Below, piece after piece: positions 39,801 to 52,493 of a stretch of DNA of 64,000 bases. This DNA comes from Antedon mediterranea (taxonomy: Eukaryota; Animalia; Echinodermata). The translations under genes and the position numbers were made by a program. Position 1 is the stretch's first letter. Every line of letters begins with the position of its first letter. The DNA lies in the NCBI RefSeq assembly GCF_964355755.1, contig NC_092671.1, positions 25,742,070-25,806,069 on the forward strand, read 5' to 3'. The notes beneath the pieces were generated by a model. It made no database searches, was not told where the DNA came from, and worked only from the letters and a program-made list of their open reading frames with translations.

Positions 39801-40330
39801 CGATGATAACTGTAGATGATGGAGAGTGTATGGTGAAGGTGATAATGGTAGTGGTGGTATAGACACTGTTTATGATGTGTCATCTCGATGATAACTGTAG
39901 ATGATGGGAAGTGTAAAATGAAGGTGATAATGGTAGTAGTGGTATGGACATTGTTTATGAGGTATCATCTCGATGATAACTGTAGATGATGGAGAGTGTA
40001 TGGTGAAGGTGATAATGGTAGTGGTGGTATAGACATTGTTTATGAGGTATCATCTCGATGATAACTGTAGATGATGGAGAGTGACTGGTGATGGTGATAA
40101 TGGTAGTGGTGGTATAGACATTGTTTATGAGGTATCATCTCGATGATAACTGTAGATGATGGAGAGTGTATGATGAAGGTGATAATGGTAGTGGTTGTAT
40201 AGACATTGTTTATGAGGTATCATCTCGATGATAACTGTAGATGATGGAGAGTGTATGGTGAAGGTGATAATGGTAGTGGTGGTATAGACACTGTTTATGA
40301 GGTGTCATCTCGATGATAACTGTAGATAAT
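36851..40330. repeat. 85/88-bp tandem satellite, about 40 copies
   Basis: Monomer gatgataactgtagatgatggagagtgtatgatgaaggtgataatggtagt(agt)ggtggtatRgacattgtttatgaggtatcatctc. Confidence 0.97.
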
Positions 40331-40336
40331 AGAAAG

Positions 40337-40650
40337 TGTGAAAAAATGTGAAAACAACCACAAATGTAAATACGTATCACCCAATGTGAAAAAAAGTACA
40401 ACAAATAAGAAAACGCTCATGTGTGAAAAAGCGCGCCCACATGTGAAAACGCCCACAAATGTGAAAACCCCAAATGTGAAAACAACCACAAATGTGAAAG
40501 CCTATCACCCACAAATGTGAAAACAACCACAAATGTGAAAACAACCACAAATGTGAAAACAACCACAAATGTGAAAACAGCCACAAATGTGAAAACAACC
40601 ACAAATGAGAAAACAACCACAAATGTAAAAATAACCACAAATGTGAAAAT
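40337..40650. repeat. 18-bp minisatellite (ccacaaatgtgaaaacaa)n
   Basis: Direct tandem copies. They explain the TTTNVK and FTFVVV ORFs. Confidence 0.9.
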
Positions 40651-41320
40651 GGTTGTCGTGTTGGTAGCAATAATGCTGTTATTGGTGTTGGTGATAATGG
40701 CTATGTTGGTCACAATGTTGACAATGGTACACAGCGTTGATACGAATGATAATTGTTCGTGATATGAGTAACAAAAAAATAGGCATAGACTATTTTTTTG
40801 GATGAAGGTTATGATTTTAGGTATAATATCTGTGATGCGTTGTAACGTTAAAGTTTGGGATAAATTTCCAGGTTTCATGTTGGCCATTAAATAATGGCTA
40901 TGTGGTGGCGGTGGTAATATGTTAATAATGTTGAAAAAGATAGTGATGAAGTCGTTGATGGTTTATTGTTGCCGGGAGGAAAGATGAGTACTGATAATCT
41001 AATTAGTATTATGTTGTGTTGTCATAGAGGCGATATGTTAGTTTGATCTAAATTCTTGACATTAGAAAGAACAGATTATGCCATCAATAAATTGCCACTC
41101 AGCACAGCAAGTTGTAAACAAGATCTGTTGCATATTATTTCAAACAGCTGATATTTGAAGTTATCCTGTTCATCTAAGTCCACTAGTTACATCTATTTTA
41201 TTTATCTACTGAAATTGAATGAAGGAATTTTAAATACGTATTTTCGGAAGTCCATGTGTAACGCAATTACTATAAGTACTGGTTATGAATTTCAATAATG
41301 TTTGCGTTCATTTCCCACCG

Positions 41321-41410
41321 GCTATGAGGACAGCATGAGGGATGTAGCTCGGCACGATCTGCCGTGCTATGAGGACAGCATGAGGGATGTAGCTCGGCAC
41401 GATCTGCCGT
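41321..41410. repeat. Perfect 45-bp tandem duplication
   Basis: gctatgaggacagcatgagggatgtagctcggcacgatctgccgt occurs twice. Confidence 0.95.
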
Positions 41411-44122
41411 GCTGATATATAATTGAACTAAACAGCTATACAAATGCGAAGTAGCCTTTGTATATAACATTATATAGACCTACCCACTGTGACTTGATTA
41501 TTATGATTGATTGGTCCACTTTAGGGAGAACACGCCCCCAACGCCACAGTAAAAAACAAACTGTCGTCCAATTTATGTATCATTCGGAGTCTTTGTGCTG
41601 ACGGGGTTTTAAATGCCATAAACGTGCTTTGCGACTGAGTTCAAAAAGGATTATTAAAGCTCTGCGGATATTTACATTCGTCATAAATAACATTTGTCGA
41701 GAGAAAAAAAAAACATGTATGAGTTATGATCTATTTAGATGTTCTGAAAAACTAAGTTTTAATTCTGGAGGAAAAAAAATAATATTGTGCATCGTTTACA
41801 GTTTTGAGTTGATGCGAACGTCTCTTGAACAAACATTTTGCCTGAGGATATGCGATCCATCTGTCAACGGCTGCCGGTGACATAGACGTTTTTTTTTAAA
41901 CTGTACTAGTCACGAATAATGCCATCATGCTAAGCACACGTACTTTTGTAAAAGTTGAGTTTACTTACCGACAATGACATATATAATTCGTAATAATAAA
42001 GGACACAAACGTGTACTACTGTAGGTATCTATACGGATATTAGGAATTTATTTTATGGATTTTTATGGTAGTAAAATTAAGCAGTGGTAAGTTGAATTAA
42101 TTATTCGTAAGATTCACGTGTAATAAGATAATATACTTATAATTATATATAGTATAATTGTCAGTATGACATTTACAGAGTAGAGTGCTGTCTGTTATTC
42201 AGTTTACGAGATACATTCAATGTTTTGACCGTTCTAAATTTAGATATCAAGTGTACATACTATACTTTAAAATAGTGTAGGCCTATAATGTGAATTTTTT
42301 GTTTTTGTTTTCACACGCATCATCCAACAGAACTAGTCAATTACCTAGGAGAGTTTAACTATTTTATATTTATTTAGCATGCTTATAAACTCATTTGAGG
42401 CTTAGGGAGTGAAGTTACAACCCCCTGGAAATAGGTCAGATTTGAACCCTGGACCTAGGGATTGTAAGGCAAGCATGTCAACCTACAGCTTCACTAATTT
42501 GATGTTTCCTTTGCGGGTAGGCTTATGTTTAATCAGGACATAACACATACCGTAGTTTAAACATTCTACTGTACCTTATACTGTAATGTCAGATGTTTTG
42601 TATTGTACCGTATTACACATTATTAAAATAGATCGCCTGTATTCTTGCTACCCAACAATATGTTCCCTTAAAATGGCCTGGGTGGGCTGTAAAAGATATA
42701 CCGTACTTCTTCTCGTTCATTTCACGAGAAAGTGTACCCTTAACAGGTGTGTCTCCCGCATAAAGAAGGGGTTGAACTATATCAATGTGGTACTGATCCA
42801 ATCTTATGACACGCTAGTAGACTGGCAGGCGGAGATTGAAATGCGCCGTGCAGCATATTCCCCATACTTCCACAACCCCCTTCATATATTCTGCACTTGG
42901 CCTAGCTACTCCAGTTTTTATTGATTTAAACATGAAGAATGAACTTCACTTTCTCTTTAATCTAAATCAATTACCGTCTATACAGTTAATTGCAATATTC
43001 AGATTGAATGATGTATTTAATTGTTGTTGATGTATGTTGCTTTAAGAGCACAATTAGACCAAGGATTATCAATCATTCTATATCCATACACTGCACGTCA
43101 CTAATGTTCAGTATAAACATCATCCTAACAGCAAAACATATTTAGCTATCTCATCAAACGCTCACTCGGCAAACATTATAGTAGGCATGTTAAGATGCAT
43201 ATTTTAGGCAAATCCTTCAAATTGTGATAATATTTTGAAACTTTGCACAGTTATTCATTAGGGTGTCAAAAACATGAAATGGAAGGGTTGCACAAAATTT
43301 GGTCAGGGGAAAGCCGCCATTTTGGATTTCAAAATGGCGGACCCCAAATTTTCACTTTTCAGGTATATCTCTGCTAAAAAGGCACCTAGAGTTCTGATTT
43401 TAGGTGCAAATTATATGGTAGTGGGGTCACCAAACATATTGGTATAACTAACATTTTGATTGCATGGCGGCCATATTTGATTTCAAAATGGCGGACCCCA
43501 AATTTTCACTTTTCAGGTATATCTCTGCTAAAAAGGCACCTAGAGTTCTGATTTTAGGTGCAAATTATATGGTAGTGGGGTCACCAAACATATTGGTATA
43601 ACTAACATTTTGATTGCATGGCGGCCATGTTTGATTTCAAAATGGCGGACCCCAAATTTTCACTTTTCAGGTATATCTCTGCTAAAAAGGCACCTAGAGT
43701 TCTGATTTTAGGTGCAAATTATAATGGTAGTGGGGTCACCAAACATATTGGTATAACTAACATTTTGATTGCATGGCGGCCATGTTGGATTTCAAAATGG
43801 CGGACTTCAAATTTTCACTTTTCAGGTATATCTCTGCTAAAGAGAGTTCTGATTTTAGGTGCAAATGATATGGTAATGGGTAACTTCTTTGATTGCATTG
43901 CCGCCGGCGGCCATTTTGAACGTAGCTCAAACTGTACTGGCTTTACACTATTTGTTTATGTTTATAGTTACATGCATTTAACATGGACACTTATTGTAGG
44001 TCACATTTTCCCTGGCAACCACACAGCTCTGTATATCGTAAATCACTCTTTCTGCATTTACAGCGTCCAAGATCACAGTCGGTGTGTCCACAGCGAATTA
44101 AAACCTTTGTGACATCTGAGAT

Positions 44123-44436
44123 GTGGAGCACTGTGGCGCAGTGGTTAGAGCATTGGACTTGCAATCAAGAGGTTGCTGGTTCAAGCCCGGTCGGTCACTG
44201 CAGTGTTGAGTCCTTAAAGCAAGATTCTTTATCCACATTGTTCCTCCTCACCCGGATGATAGAAATGGGTACCGGTATGTAAAAGGTACTGGGAACGTAA
44301 ATCAGACTCGTTTGTGCAGGAGGAGTGGCTTACCCCCACAAACATACACACTTAGTGGAGTCTGGCTCAAACGCTAAAGAAATGGAGATGGCACCACGGC
44401 CATTATCATTAGCTTAGGTCTCGACACTTTACCTTA
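44123..44436 (+). mobile_element. tRNA-derived SINE (about 310 bp) nested in the Academ element
   Basis: A box tggcgcagtggttagagc and B box ggttcaagccc, central gtgttgagtcctt..gcaag...aaatgggtaccgg domain, 3' tail actttacctt. Confidence 0.85.
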
Positions 44437-44880
44437 CAGACAATGACATCCTATCGAAAACTGAAGTCATTCATGGCATCTTTTTCCAAGTCGGGTTAAA
44501 TGTAGCTTTACCTTTTCCTTGAACAGATGAAGTTGTATCACAACCGCTAAAGGAATGAAAGAACAAGTAAGCGGCTGATGCTTGTGGTCCAAGAGAAGAA
44601 ACAATCTCGTGTATTGGGATGTGCTTCCCCACTCCAAACTCGATCCAAAGCTCGTGGATCCTAGGTATTCTGTGGAAAGCTGACAATGCAATAACAATAA
44701 CATCACTGTCTACAGTCTTGACAAGAATGCGCGGAAAAATTTCAGCGGCATGTTTAACATGAACAAACATACATTCATCTGCCTCTATGTTACATGGCAT
44801 CAGCAGTTGTATATTTACAGACTGGTTTGTTGCAGCTCTGTCTCCTAGAGATCCTACAAACATTCCGTGATTTGTGTCAA
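44437..44880 (-). pseudogene. Inverted duplicate of the Academ XPG-like fragment
   Basis: CNIEADECMFVHVKHAAE..ILVKTVDSDVIVIAL..ELWIEFGVGK..FHSFSGCDTTSS, the reverse complement of 45085-45523. Confidence 0.85.
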
Positions 44881-44894
44881 CTTCGATCAGTGAC

Positions 44895-45930
44895 ACGACT
44901 AGATTTGTTTTTCGATAGATAAATGACAGTTTAAAGTCTGGTACGCGTTCAAACCGCGTTTCTGGTGTAAGGAGGGTCGTTAAAGCCAGCGGGAGCATGC
45001 CCAACAATTGGACCACATTTTTTAGATTTGATGACAACAAATCAGAGTTGTTTTCATTTATTGTAACTGAAGTAGTAGAGAACATTGGCACAAATCACGG
45101 AATGTTTGTAGGGTCTTTGGGAGACAGAGCTGTAACAAACCAGTAAATATACAATCGCTGATGACATGTAACATAGAAGAGGCAGATGAACGTATGTTTG
45201 TTCACGTTAAACTTGCCGCTGAAATTTTCCACGCATTGTCAAGACTGTACACAGTGATGTTGTTGTCAGCTTTCCACAGAATACCTGGCATTCACAAGCT
45301 TCTGATCGAGTTTGGAGTGGGGAAGCACTTGAAGTACATCCCAATACACGAGAATGCTTCTTTTCTTGGATCACAAGCATCAGCCGCTTACTTGTTCTTT
45401 CATACCATTAGCGGTTGTGATAGAACTTCATCTGTTTAAGGAAAAGGTAAAGCTACATTTAACGAGACTTTGAAAAAGATGCCATGTATTACTCCAGTTT
45501 TTGAGAGGATGTCATTGTCTGTAGGGCTTGTTAGTGAAACAGACACAGATTATCTAGAACAGTTTGTTGTAAGTATGTCTACTGCAGAACATTTAATGAT
45601 GCAATACGATATCTTTTTACAACAAGAGAAAGACTATTGAAAATATCCACCAACATCTGCGGCATTAAGAGAACATGTGAAACGGAAGCCAGGAAGTGGT
45701 ACGACTGTCTAGATGCATTCAGGGTTGGACAGGACCCAGCGAACTGGGGATAGAGGAAGGAAGGCAACAAATTTAGTCCAGCTTGGAGTTCATTGCTTGG
45801 AGAAATTTCAGATGTCACAAAGGTTTTAATTCGCTTTGGACACACCGACTGTGATCTTGGATGCTGTAAATGCAGAAAGAGTGATTTACGATGTACAGAG
45901 CTGTGTGGTTGCCAGGGAAAATGTGACCTA
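44895..45930 (+). pseudogene. Decayed 3' part of the AcademX ORF (XPG-like nuclease plus Cys-rich zinc finger)
   Basis: Frameshifted peptides SLKSGTRSNR..MPNNWTTFFRFDDNKSELF, EEADERMFVHV, ENIPPTSAALREHVKR, DPANWG and CCKCRKSDLRCTELCGCQGKC*. Confidence 0.85.
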
Positions 45931-48877
45931 CAATAAGTGTCCGTGTTAAATGCATGTAATTATGAACATAAACAAATAGTGTAAAGCCAGTACGGGTTGA
46001 GCTACATTCAAAATGGCCGCCATGCAATCAATGACGTTATACTAATATGTTTGTTGACCTCAATATTATATTATACTTTGTAGGCCTACCTAAAATTATA
46101 ACTGTAGGTACCGCACTGAAACATTTTGAGTTCGCCATTTTGAAATTCAAAATGACCGCCATGCAATAAAAATGTCAGTTAAATACCAATATGTTTGGTT
46201 ACCCATTACCATATAATTGGCACCTAAAATCAGAACTCTGTACCTTTTTAGCAGAGATACCTGAAAAGTGAAAATTTGAAGTCCGCCATTTTGAAATCCA
46301 AAATGGCCGCCGTGCAATCAAAATGTTAGTTATACCAATATGTTTGGTGACCCCATTAACATATAATTTGCACCTAAAATCAGAACTCTAGGTGCCTTTT
46401 TAGCAGAGATATACCTGAAAAAAGGAAATTTGAAATCCGCCATTTTGAAATCCAACATGGCCGCCATGGAATCAAAATGTTAGTTATACCAGTATGTTTG
46501 GTGACCCCACTACCATATAATTTGCACCTAAAATCAGAACTCTAGGTGCCTCTTTAGCAGAGAAATACCTAAAAAGTGAAAATTTGAAGTCCGCCATTTT
46601 GAAATCCAAAATGGCCGCCATGCAATTAAAATGTTAGTTATACCAATATGTTGGGTGACCCCATTACCATATAATTTGCACCTAAATTCAGAACTCTAGG
46701 TGCCTATTTAGCAGAGATATACCTGAAAAGTGAAAAATTTGGGTCCGCCATTTTGAAATCCAAAATGGCGGCTTTCCCCTGACCAAATTTTGTGCAACCC
46801 TTCCATTTCATATTTTTGACACCCTAATGAATAACTGTGCAAAGTTTCAGAATGTTATCACAATTTGAAGGATTGGGTCACTTAACAGGCCTACTATTAG
46901 GCCTAATGGCATGTTTCTACATTTAAACCAACATTATACATTGATGTATGTAATAACCCTGTGTTGTGGAAATGATATTATGATGGCTATTATGCGTACA
47001 TAAGGGTGAGGAAAAGAACTTGAAAAGTGTAAGTCCAAATCTATATTAAAGTTAGTCTATTGTTGTAGGATAAACAATATGAACCTACTGTATGGGCGGG
47101 AATATCTTAGATAGGATGCGCCACTTCTCTCTTCTTCGGGATACATACATGTTTGTTCTCTCTCCTCTATACACAACCCACTTGTATTTCATTCGATCTT
47201 TCAATTTTTTCATCAATGTTTTAAAATGTATAATATGCATGTCTATAAAATGTTTTAAATGTTTATTTATACCCTCAGGCCTACTCTATAAAAAATGTAA
47301 AGTAATTTTTTTTTTGAAAATTATAAGTAGTGGGTTACTTTCAAATCATATTATTATTAAAATATTAAACATAATAATTTGAAAGTAACTCACTGAATGT
47401 TTAACTAATTTATTTGAATCTCACTGGAGTATTACAATGAAAAAACGAAGACTACAATCGTATGAATTTGTAATTTTTTATTTATAATCATTCATTTAGG
47501 GCTTGCTCGTCACAAGGTCTTTTGATTAATAAAATTTCTGTTTTTCATCTGACGTTACTTTTTGAGTTTTGCCCTCTTCCTTTCATTTTACAATTTATAT
47601 TGGATATTTGTTATTTTACTGTTAAAGAAATAAATGTTAATTTGATTTGAATTGAATTGAATTGACTATGATAAGGATCATAATGGAAATAAAGAACAAT
47701 TGAAATTGAATTGAAAAATGAATAAAACTCCCCAAAGAGGCCCATGTAAAAATGTTAACAGAAAAGTAAGGGGAAAATAGGATTAAGAGGAAAATTGTAT
47801 TGACACATCACAATCCTGCCTAAACAGAGCAAAATGGAATAAAATAATGGAAAGCGTCAGATGATGATGAGGTTTAATATCTGTTTTCTTACTTTAAAAC
47901 TTCTGGATTATAAAAATGATAAATTAACAGTTGTATTTCCTCACACAGCTGATATTCTCCTCATTGTGTCCATACGTGATTAGTAATGGGCATGATGCAC
48001 TTAACGACTTCAATCATGGATAGAGTGACTGAGATTGTTTACACAAAACGCGAACAAGGATTTAATTAAAACGACAGTTAAGATGCATTTATTAATTAAG
48101 GAAAATATCAGATGATCTTTGATCTGTAATTCAGATATTACCCTATAATGCTAAAATATATTTTTTAGGATCGTGCCGCCGCGGTCTAACAATCACCAAA
48201 GCAGCGGCGGTCGAGAAAGTGCCGCGAACCATAAAAGCCGCTGTTGCGCTTTTGACACGAACGCACACAAAGTGTGAACTATTTCATAACACAAGCCTAA
48301 TCTTGATTTGTAGGGGTTGCGGACAGTATAGCACTTTAGTGCTGACACAGCCCAATGTGTCAAATAAATGAATGACTAATATCATAACACATAGGCCTAC
48401 AATAAATAAATAAAATGACCTATTCACAGATTTTTAATTAATTTTTATTTTTCATGTTTTTGGGGTCTGGCAGTCAATGGGTTTTGGTTGAATTTAACCG
48501 TTTTATTTCGGTATTTTATAAATGACAATAATTATTATTTTTTTATGGTTATTTTTTTTTTTACGGAAGTGATTAATTTTGTTAAAACTAAAAGTGGCCT
48601 ATTCAATGTATGATTTTATTAATCTTCATCTTTAAACTAAATTATGTACAAAATATAAAAGTGACATAGGTAATACAGGATTTATAAAAAAAAATGAACT
48701 AAACATTTCCATTGTTGCTTTCCCTTATGATATAGTGTTGCTTCTTCTGACTATAACCGTCATCCCATAAGTTGGACACACACTATCTATTGTCATTGTT
48801 TGTAAAAGACAAACCATGTAACAGAATAGAAATGTCGAACCTTGTACATAACTGTATATGGCATCTCCTCACACTAA

Positions 48878-49026
48878 CACTAGAGACGCAAGACAAGGAC
48901 GTAACGCAACGTAAGTTAGTTGACCAATGACAAGCGATGGATTATTCAAACTGACACTTGTTATTGGTCAACACGCTTGCGTTGCGTTTACTTCCTTGCG
49001 TTACGTCCTAGTGGGAACTAAGCTTT
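48878..49026. mobile_element. Short palindromic MITE (related degenerate copy at 52775-52970)
   Basis: cactagagacgcaa...gacgtaacgcaa...ttgaccaat is inverted to attggtcaa...ttgcgttacgtcctagtggg. Confidence 0.7.
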
Positions 49027-49645
49027 AGGCATGATGCCGTACGGACCACGCTTTGATCATTTACAGTAAATTTGGTTATAAATTTGACGAGTTTCTATAG
49101 TACATTTTTGTATAGTTAGGCCTACCCTAGATAGACCTACACAAGATCCAATATTTCTCCATTCCCATGGAAATGAATCACCAAAATAACATTCGTTATA
49201 TCCGATGCGAGGCAGGAAATGAGTAATTCACGAAGTTATAAAAAAACCCCATGATAGCCCCTTATACAACCCCAGGCCCGATGTTATTGACAGGCACAGT
49301 GTCATAACACAGTTGGTATTTTTGACTCATAAACTAATGACTGTTCTGTTTTTAATAGATTGACTCATCTAATAATGAAGTGTGAACTAAGTATAATCTG
49401 AATCTACCCGATGATTGCTGCTTGATGACTGCTGCTTGATGACTGCTGGTTGCATAGCTTTTGGATATACATGCTTTATTTCATTGCACTCATCAGCCAA
49501 GCAAAAAACCATAATTAAAAGCTGCTGATAGAACTCCAATACACGCAAGACAACATTATCTACAAATGTTATATTGTTACTCTTATTCTCGGCGATAAAG
49601 GCGTTGTGAGTTATACAAAAACAATTGACGTTATAGACAGATAAC

Positions 49646-49898
49646 ATGGGCGCGGCAAATGGTAAGCCACGCCCCACAATAAGATCGGCTGTCGAAGTAG
49701 TTGATCAATCAGATGAGGAAATTGATATTATTGATTTGGAATATTCTGATTATTTTGACGATGTGTTTGAGGACAATGAACCGGTCAAACACGGAACACT
49801 CAGGAAAATACGATTGTGGGATTTTCCGTATTCGTCTCCAACTAAAAATGGAAAAAGAGCCGCAAGTGAAAGCGGTGGAATTGCATTCACAAGACGAG
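49646..49898 (+). CDS. Uncharacterized low-complexity protein, coding exon 1
   Basis: aacATGG start, MGAANGKPRP...GGIAFTRR, donor GAG|gtaata (phase 1). An alternative phase-1 donor AATG|gtaagc lies at 49661/49662. Confidence 0.7.
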
Positions 49899-51620
49899 GT
49901 AATATACTAAAATTACATTCCAATAAGTATATAGGCCTATAAAAATGTATGATATCGGTTAATGACATACTAATGTTGTTGATCTAGTTTAGAGATGGAA
50001 TGGTATTATAAAAGATAATGAACAACCCCTCATTTGCGACACTCCTATTAAAGGAACACTTAGGATCCCTAAGATTTGTTGTTAATAGGTAATACTGTTT
50101 AATAATCAATATAGTGAACATATGAGACATCCACGAAGGGGACAATTTCCCTTGAAATGCCCGGGTTGAAATGGCAGTTTTGAATACAGGCGTTAATACA
50201 ACCCATTTTGGGACACCTCTATATTCAGGGTACATCCTTATCAAGGAGAAACAACGAGGGATATTGTGTTGTGTCCCGAAGGTGCCCTCCCCACACACAC
50301 GCACATCCCTGTTGTGGCTGTATTGTAAACTATGGTTAAATAGGCCTACTTCTTAAGCTTTTTATGAAATACGGCGGAGCAATACTGTGTGTAATGAAAT
50401 TATATGGTTTAAAGGTTATATACATAAACCCGGTTAAATCAGACCTTGTGATCTTGATACTTTTTATTATCACATATACAAGCCTTTTCATAAAATGATA
50501 AATGATAAATCCGGGTTAATTTTTGAAACATTTATGTATTTACTTCTTCGGAAATACCTACTGGTAACTGAGTATTTAAGATCACATGACCTGTACGCCA
50601 TTCCCTCCTGATTAAATCCATTACTTTTATGGACAACTTAAAACTTATGCTCACTGTTGTGTACCCACTTTTTAATTAATTGTGTTCACACGCACTGTAG
50701 AGTTAAAGCGTGATAGAACGGATTTAAGCTGAATCATGGCATGCAAGTGCATGTGGATATAATAAGCATAACTCCGGTATACCTCTGATAGGTTTCAGAG
50801 GTAATTATAACATTATACCACAAACGCAGAACAACAAGGGAAGAGTGTAAATTCATTCTTGCCATGGTTACCGATTGACGCACCGTTAACTACGATGTAA
50901 ACACCACTTGTACATAATATTTACAAAATTATAAACGCATTGTAACAACATTAATAAAATGTCAATCAGAAAATGAAGTATCTAGTATCAATAAGTCATC
51001 TCACAAAACAAACGCGTTGTGTGAATTATTGATGTTGAAATTATGATAAAAGAAATGTCGGTAAATTAGCTCGGGCAAAGTTTAAGTGTTGGTAAATACG
51101 AGGCTGGTCTGACACGTCTGCCATTGTACCCACATTTGACAAACCTATCCGGAACAACTAACTTCTCTGAACACAAATAACGCAGTAGTTTTTCAGTGGA
51201 GGGGAAAAATAGGCTTGACTTAAAGATAATCCTTAATGGTAAGAACTTAAGGAGGTAAGGTAAAATGAAGAACTATTATATTAATTGTCTTGACTTAGTT
51301 GGCCGAATTACTCAGCAGGTGATTGTCACTTAAATGTTCGTCTATGAGTAGGCCAACGGTAACTTACGTCGTCTGAAGATTGTACATGCGGTAATATACA
51401 GTTTGTAATGTCGTCTGAATAGTATTCGTCTGAAAAAATAGGGGTTGTGACTTTCGAAATGTGTTATCAGGCCTTATGTTTTCCAACATGTGACTTACGG
51501 CAAACATGCAATCAAGGTCGAATGAAATGTATCTATTTGGTATGTTTGACGTATCGAAGTCCAATAAAGAAAACTTAGAATTTAGCAAATTAAAGAAAAA
51601 TTTCTTTCTTGATTTCCTAG

Positions 51621-52493
51621 GTCTTTACTCAGAGTCAGACGTCATCACTCCACCTAAGCCAGACTATGGTACAATTCTGAACCACGGTCGCAAGAGAATT
51701 CAATCTGCCAAAGAAGCTCGAAGCAATTCTTCTAAACGATCTAATCTTCTAAGGAAACTTTTCACCAAACCCGAGAAAAAATCTGACCCAGATTCAGATG
51801 TCTACCAAGCAAACGCCTTTCGAAGACATCATATACCTTCTTCTAGCGCAATGGGAACGTGTTGTAGTACTTCAAAAAGCATTTCCAGTTTGTCCACACG
51901 TCAAAGTGAAACTTTCGCGAAAACATTTCCACATAAAAGAGAGTGTTCAGGAGAGCTTTCACAAAAACTTGAAGAAAATTCCAATAAAAGTGAATTTGAA
52001 ACTAAATTAAATTGTAATGATGAAAAAGCTTCTTATAAAAGAGAGTTCGAAGGAGGAGTATCTTATGAAAGAGAAATTGAAAGAGCTTCTCATAAAAGAG
52101 AGTTCGAAGGCGTTACACGCAAACCATCGAGACCTCAAGATAAAAACTCAGAAAATGACAAAAATCAATCCAACATTGTACGTCTTTCAAATGGCGGAAA
52201 TACTGGTTACTCAAATGGACAAAACAGTACTGATATTTGGGTAGGACGTGAATCTCCTAAGCAAAACAAAATTGAACAAACTCATGATTTAATGATAAAT
52301 GATGACCGTTTAAAACATGTGGATGGTAGACATAAACCTAGGCCTCTACCAAGAACTTTTATTAATAACGGAGCAACAGAAGCAAGGAATTCGTCAAGTG
52401 CCAGTGTTAGGAAAATATATATGCAACAGAACAACTCCCACCGACAACGGAAATTAACACCTGCTGTTCCTTTAACAGTACCAGGATTTAAAG
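51621..52493 (+). CDS. Uncharacterized protein, exon 2
   Basis: Longest ORF in the window. ttcctag|GT ... TTTAAAG|gtaaga, phase 1-1. Read-through to the stop at 52558 is possible. Confidence 0.85.

Larger units (their letters stand above)
43179..46896. mobile_element. Academ (AcademX) DNA transposon derivative with foldback structure
   Basis: tta|TAGTAGGCATGTTAAG ... CTTAACAGGCCTACTA|tta gives TAG/CTA termini and a 3-bp TSD. Subterminal tandem repeats are about 154 bp. It carries fragments of an XPG-like domain (EEAD.RMFVH, VDSDV, GCDTTS) and a Cys-rich finger. Confidence 0.85.

Noticed and set aside
40338-40887. Mucin-like TTTNVK or membrane-like FTFVVV ORFs
   Set aside because: Translation of an 18-bp minisatellite that is open in several frames on both strands.
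44123-44195. Functional tRNA-Ala(TGC)
   Set aside because: The acceptor and anticodon stems do not pair fully, and it continues into a SINE body and tail.
44471-45091. 206-aa ORF as a functional nuclease gene
   Set aside because: It is a chimera of antisense spacer and an inverted, internally deleted XPG fragment with a degenerate EEAD motif.
49455-49505. Minus-strand hammerhead-like core CTGATGA-gtgcaat-GAAA
   Set aside because: Stems I and III cannot be formed in register with a UH cleavage site, so it is likely chance.
51506-51620. N-terminal part of the 350-aa ORF
   Set aside because: It lies upstream of a clear polypyrimidine tract and AG acceptor at 51620, so it is most likely intron.
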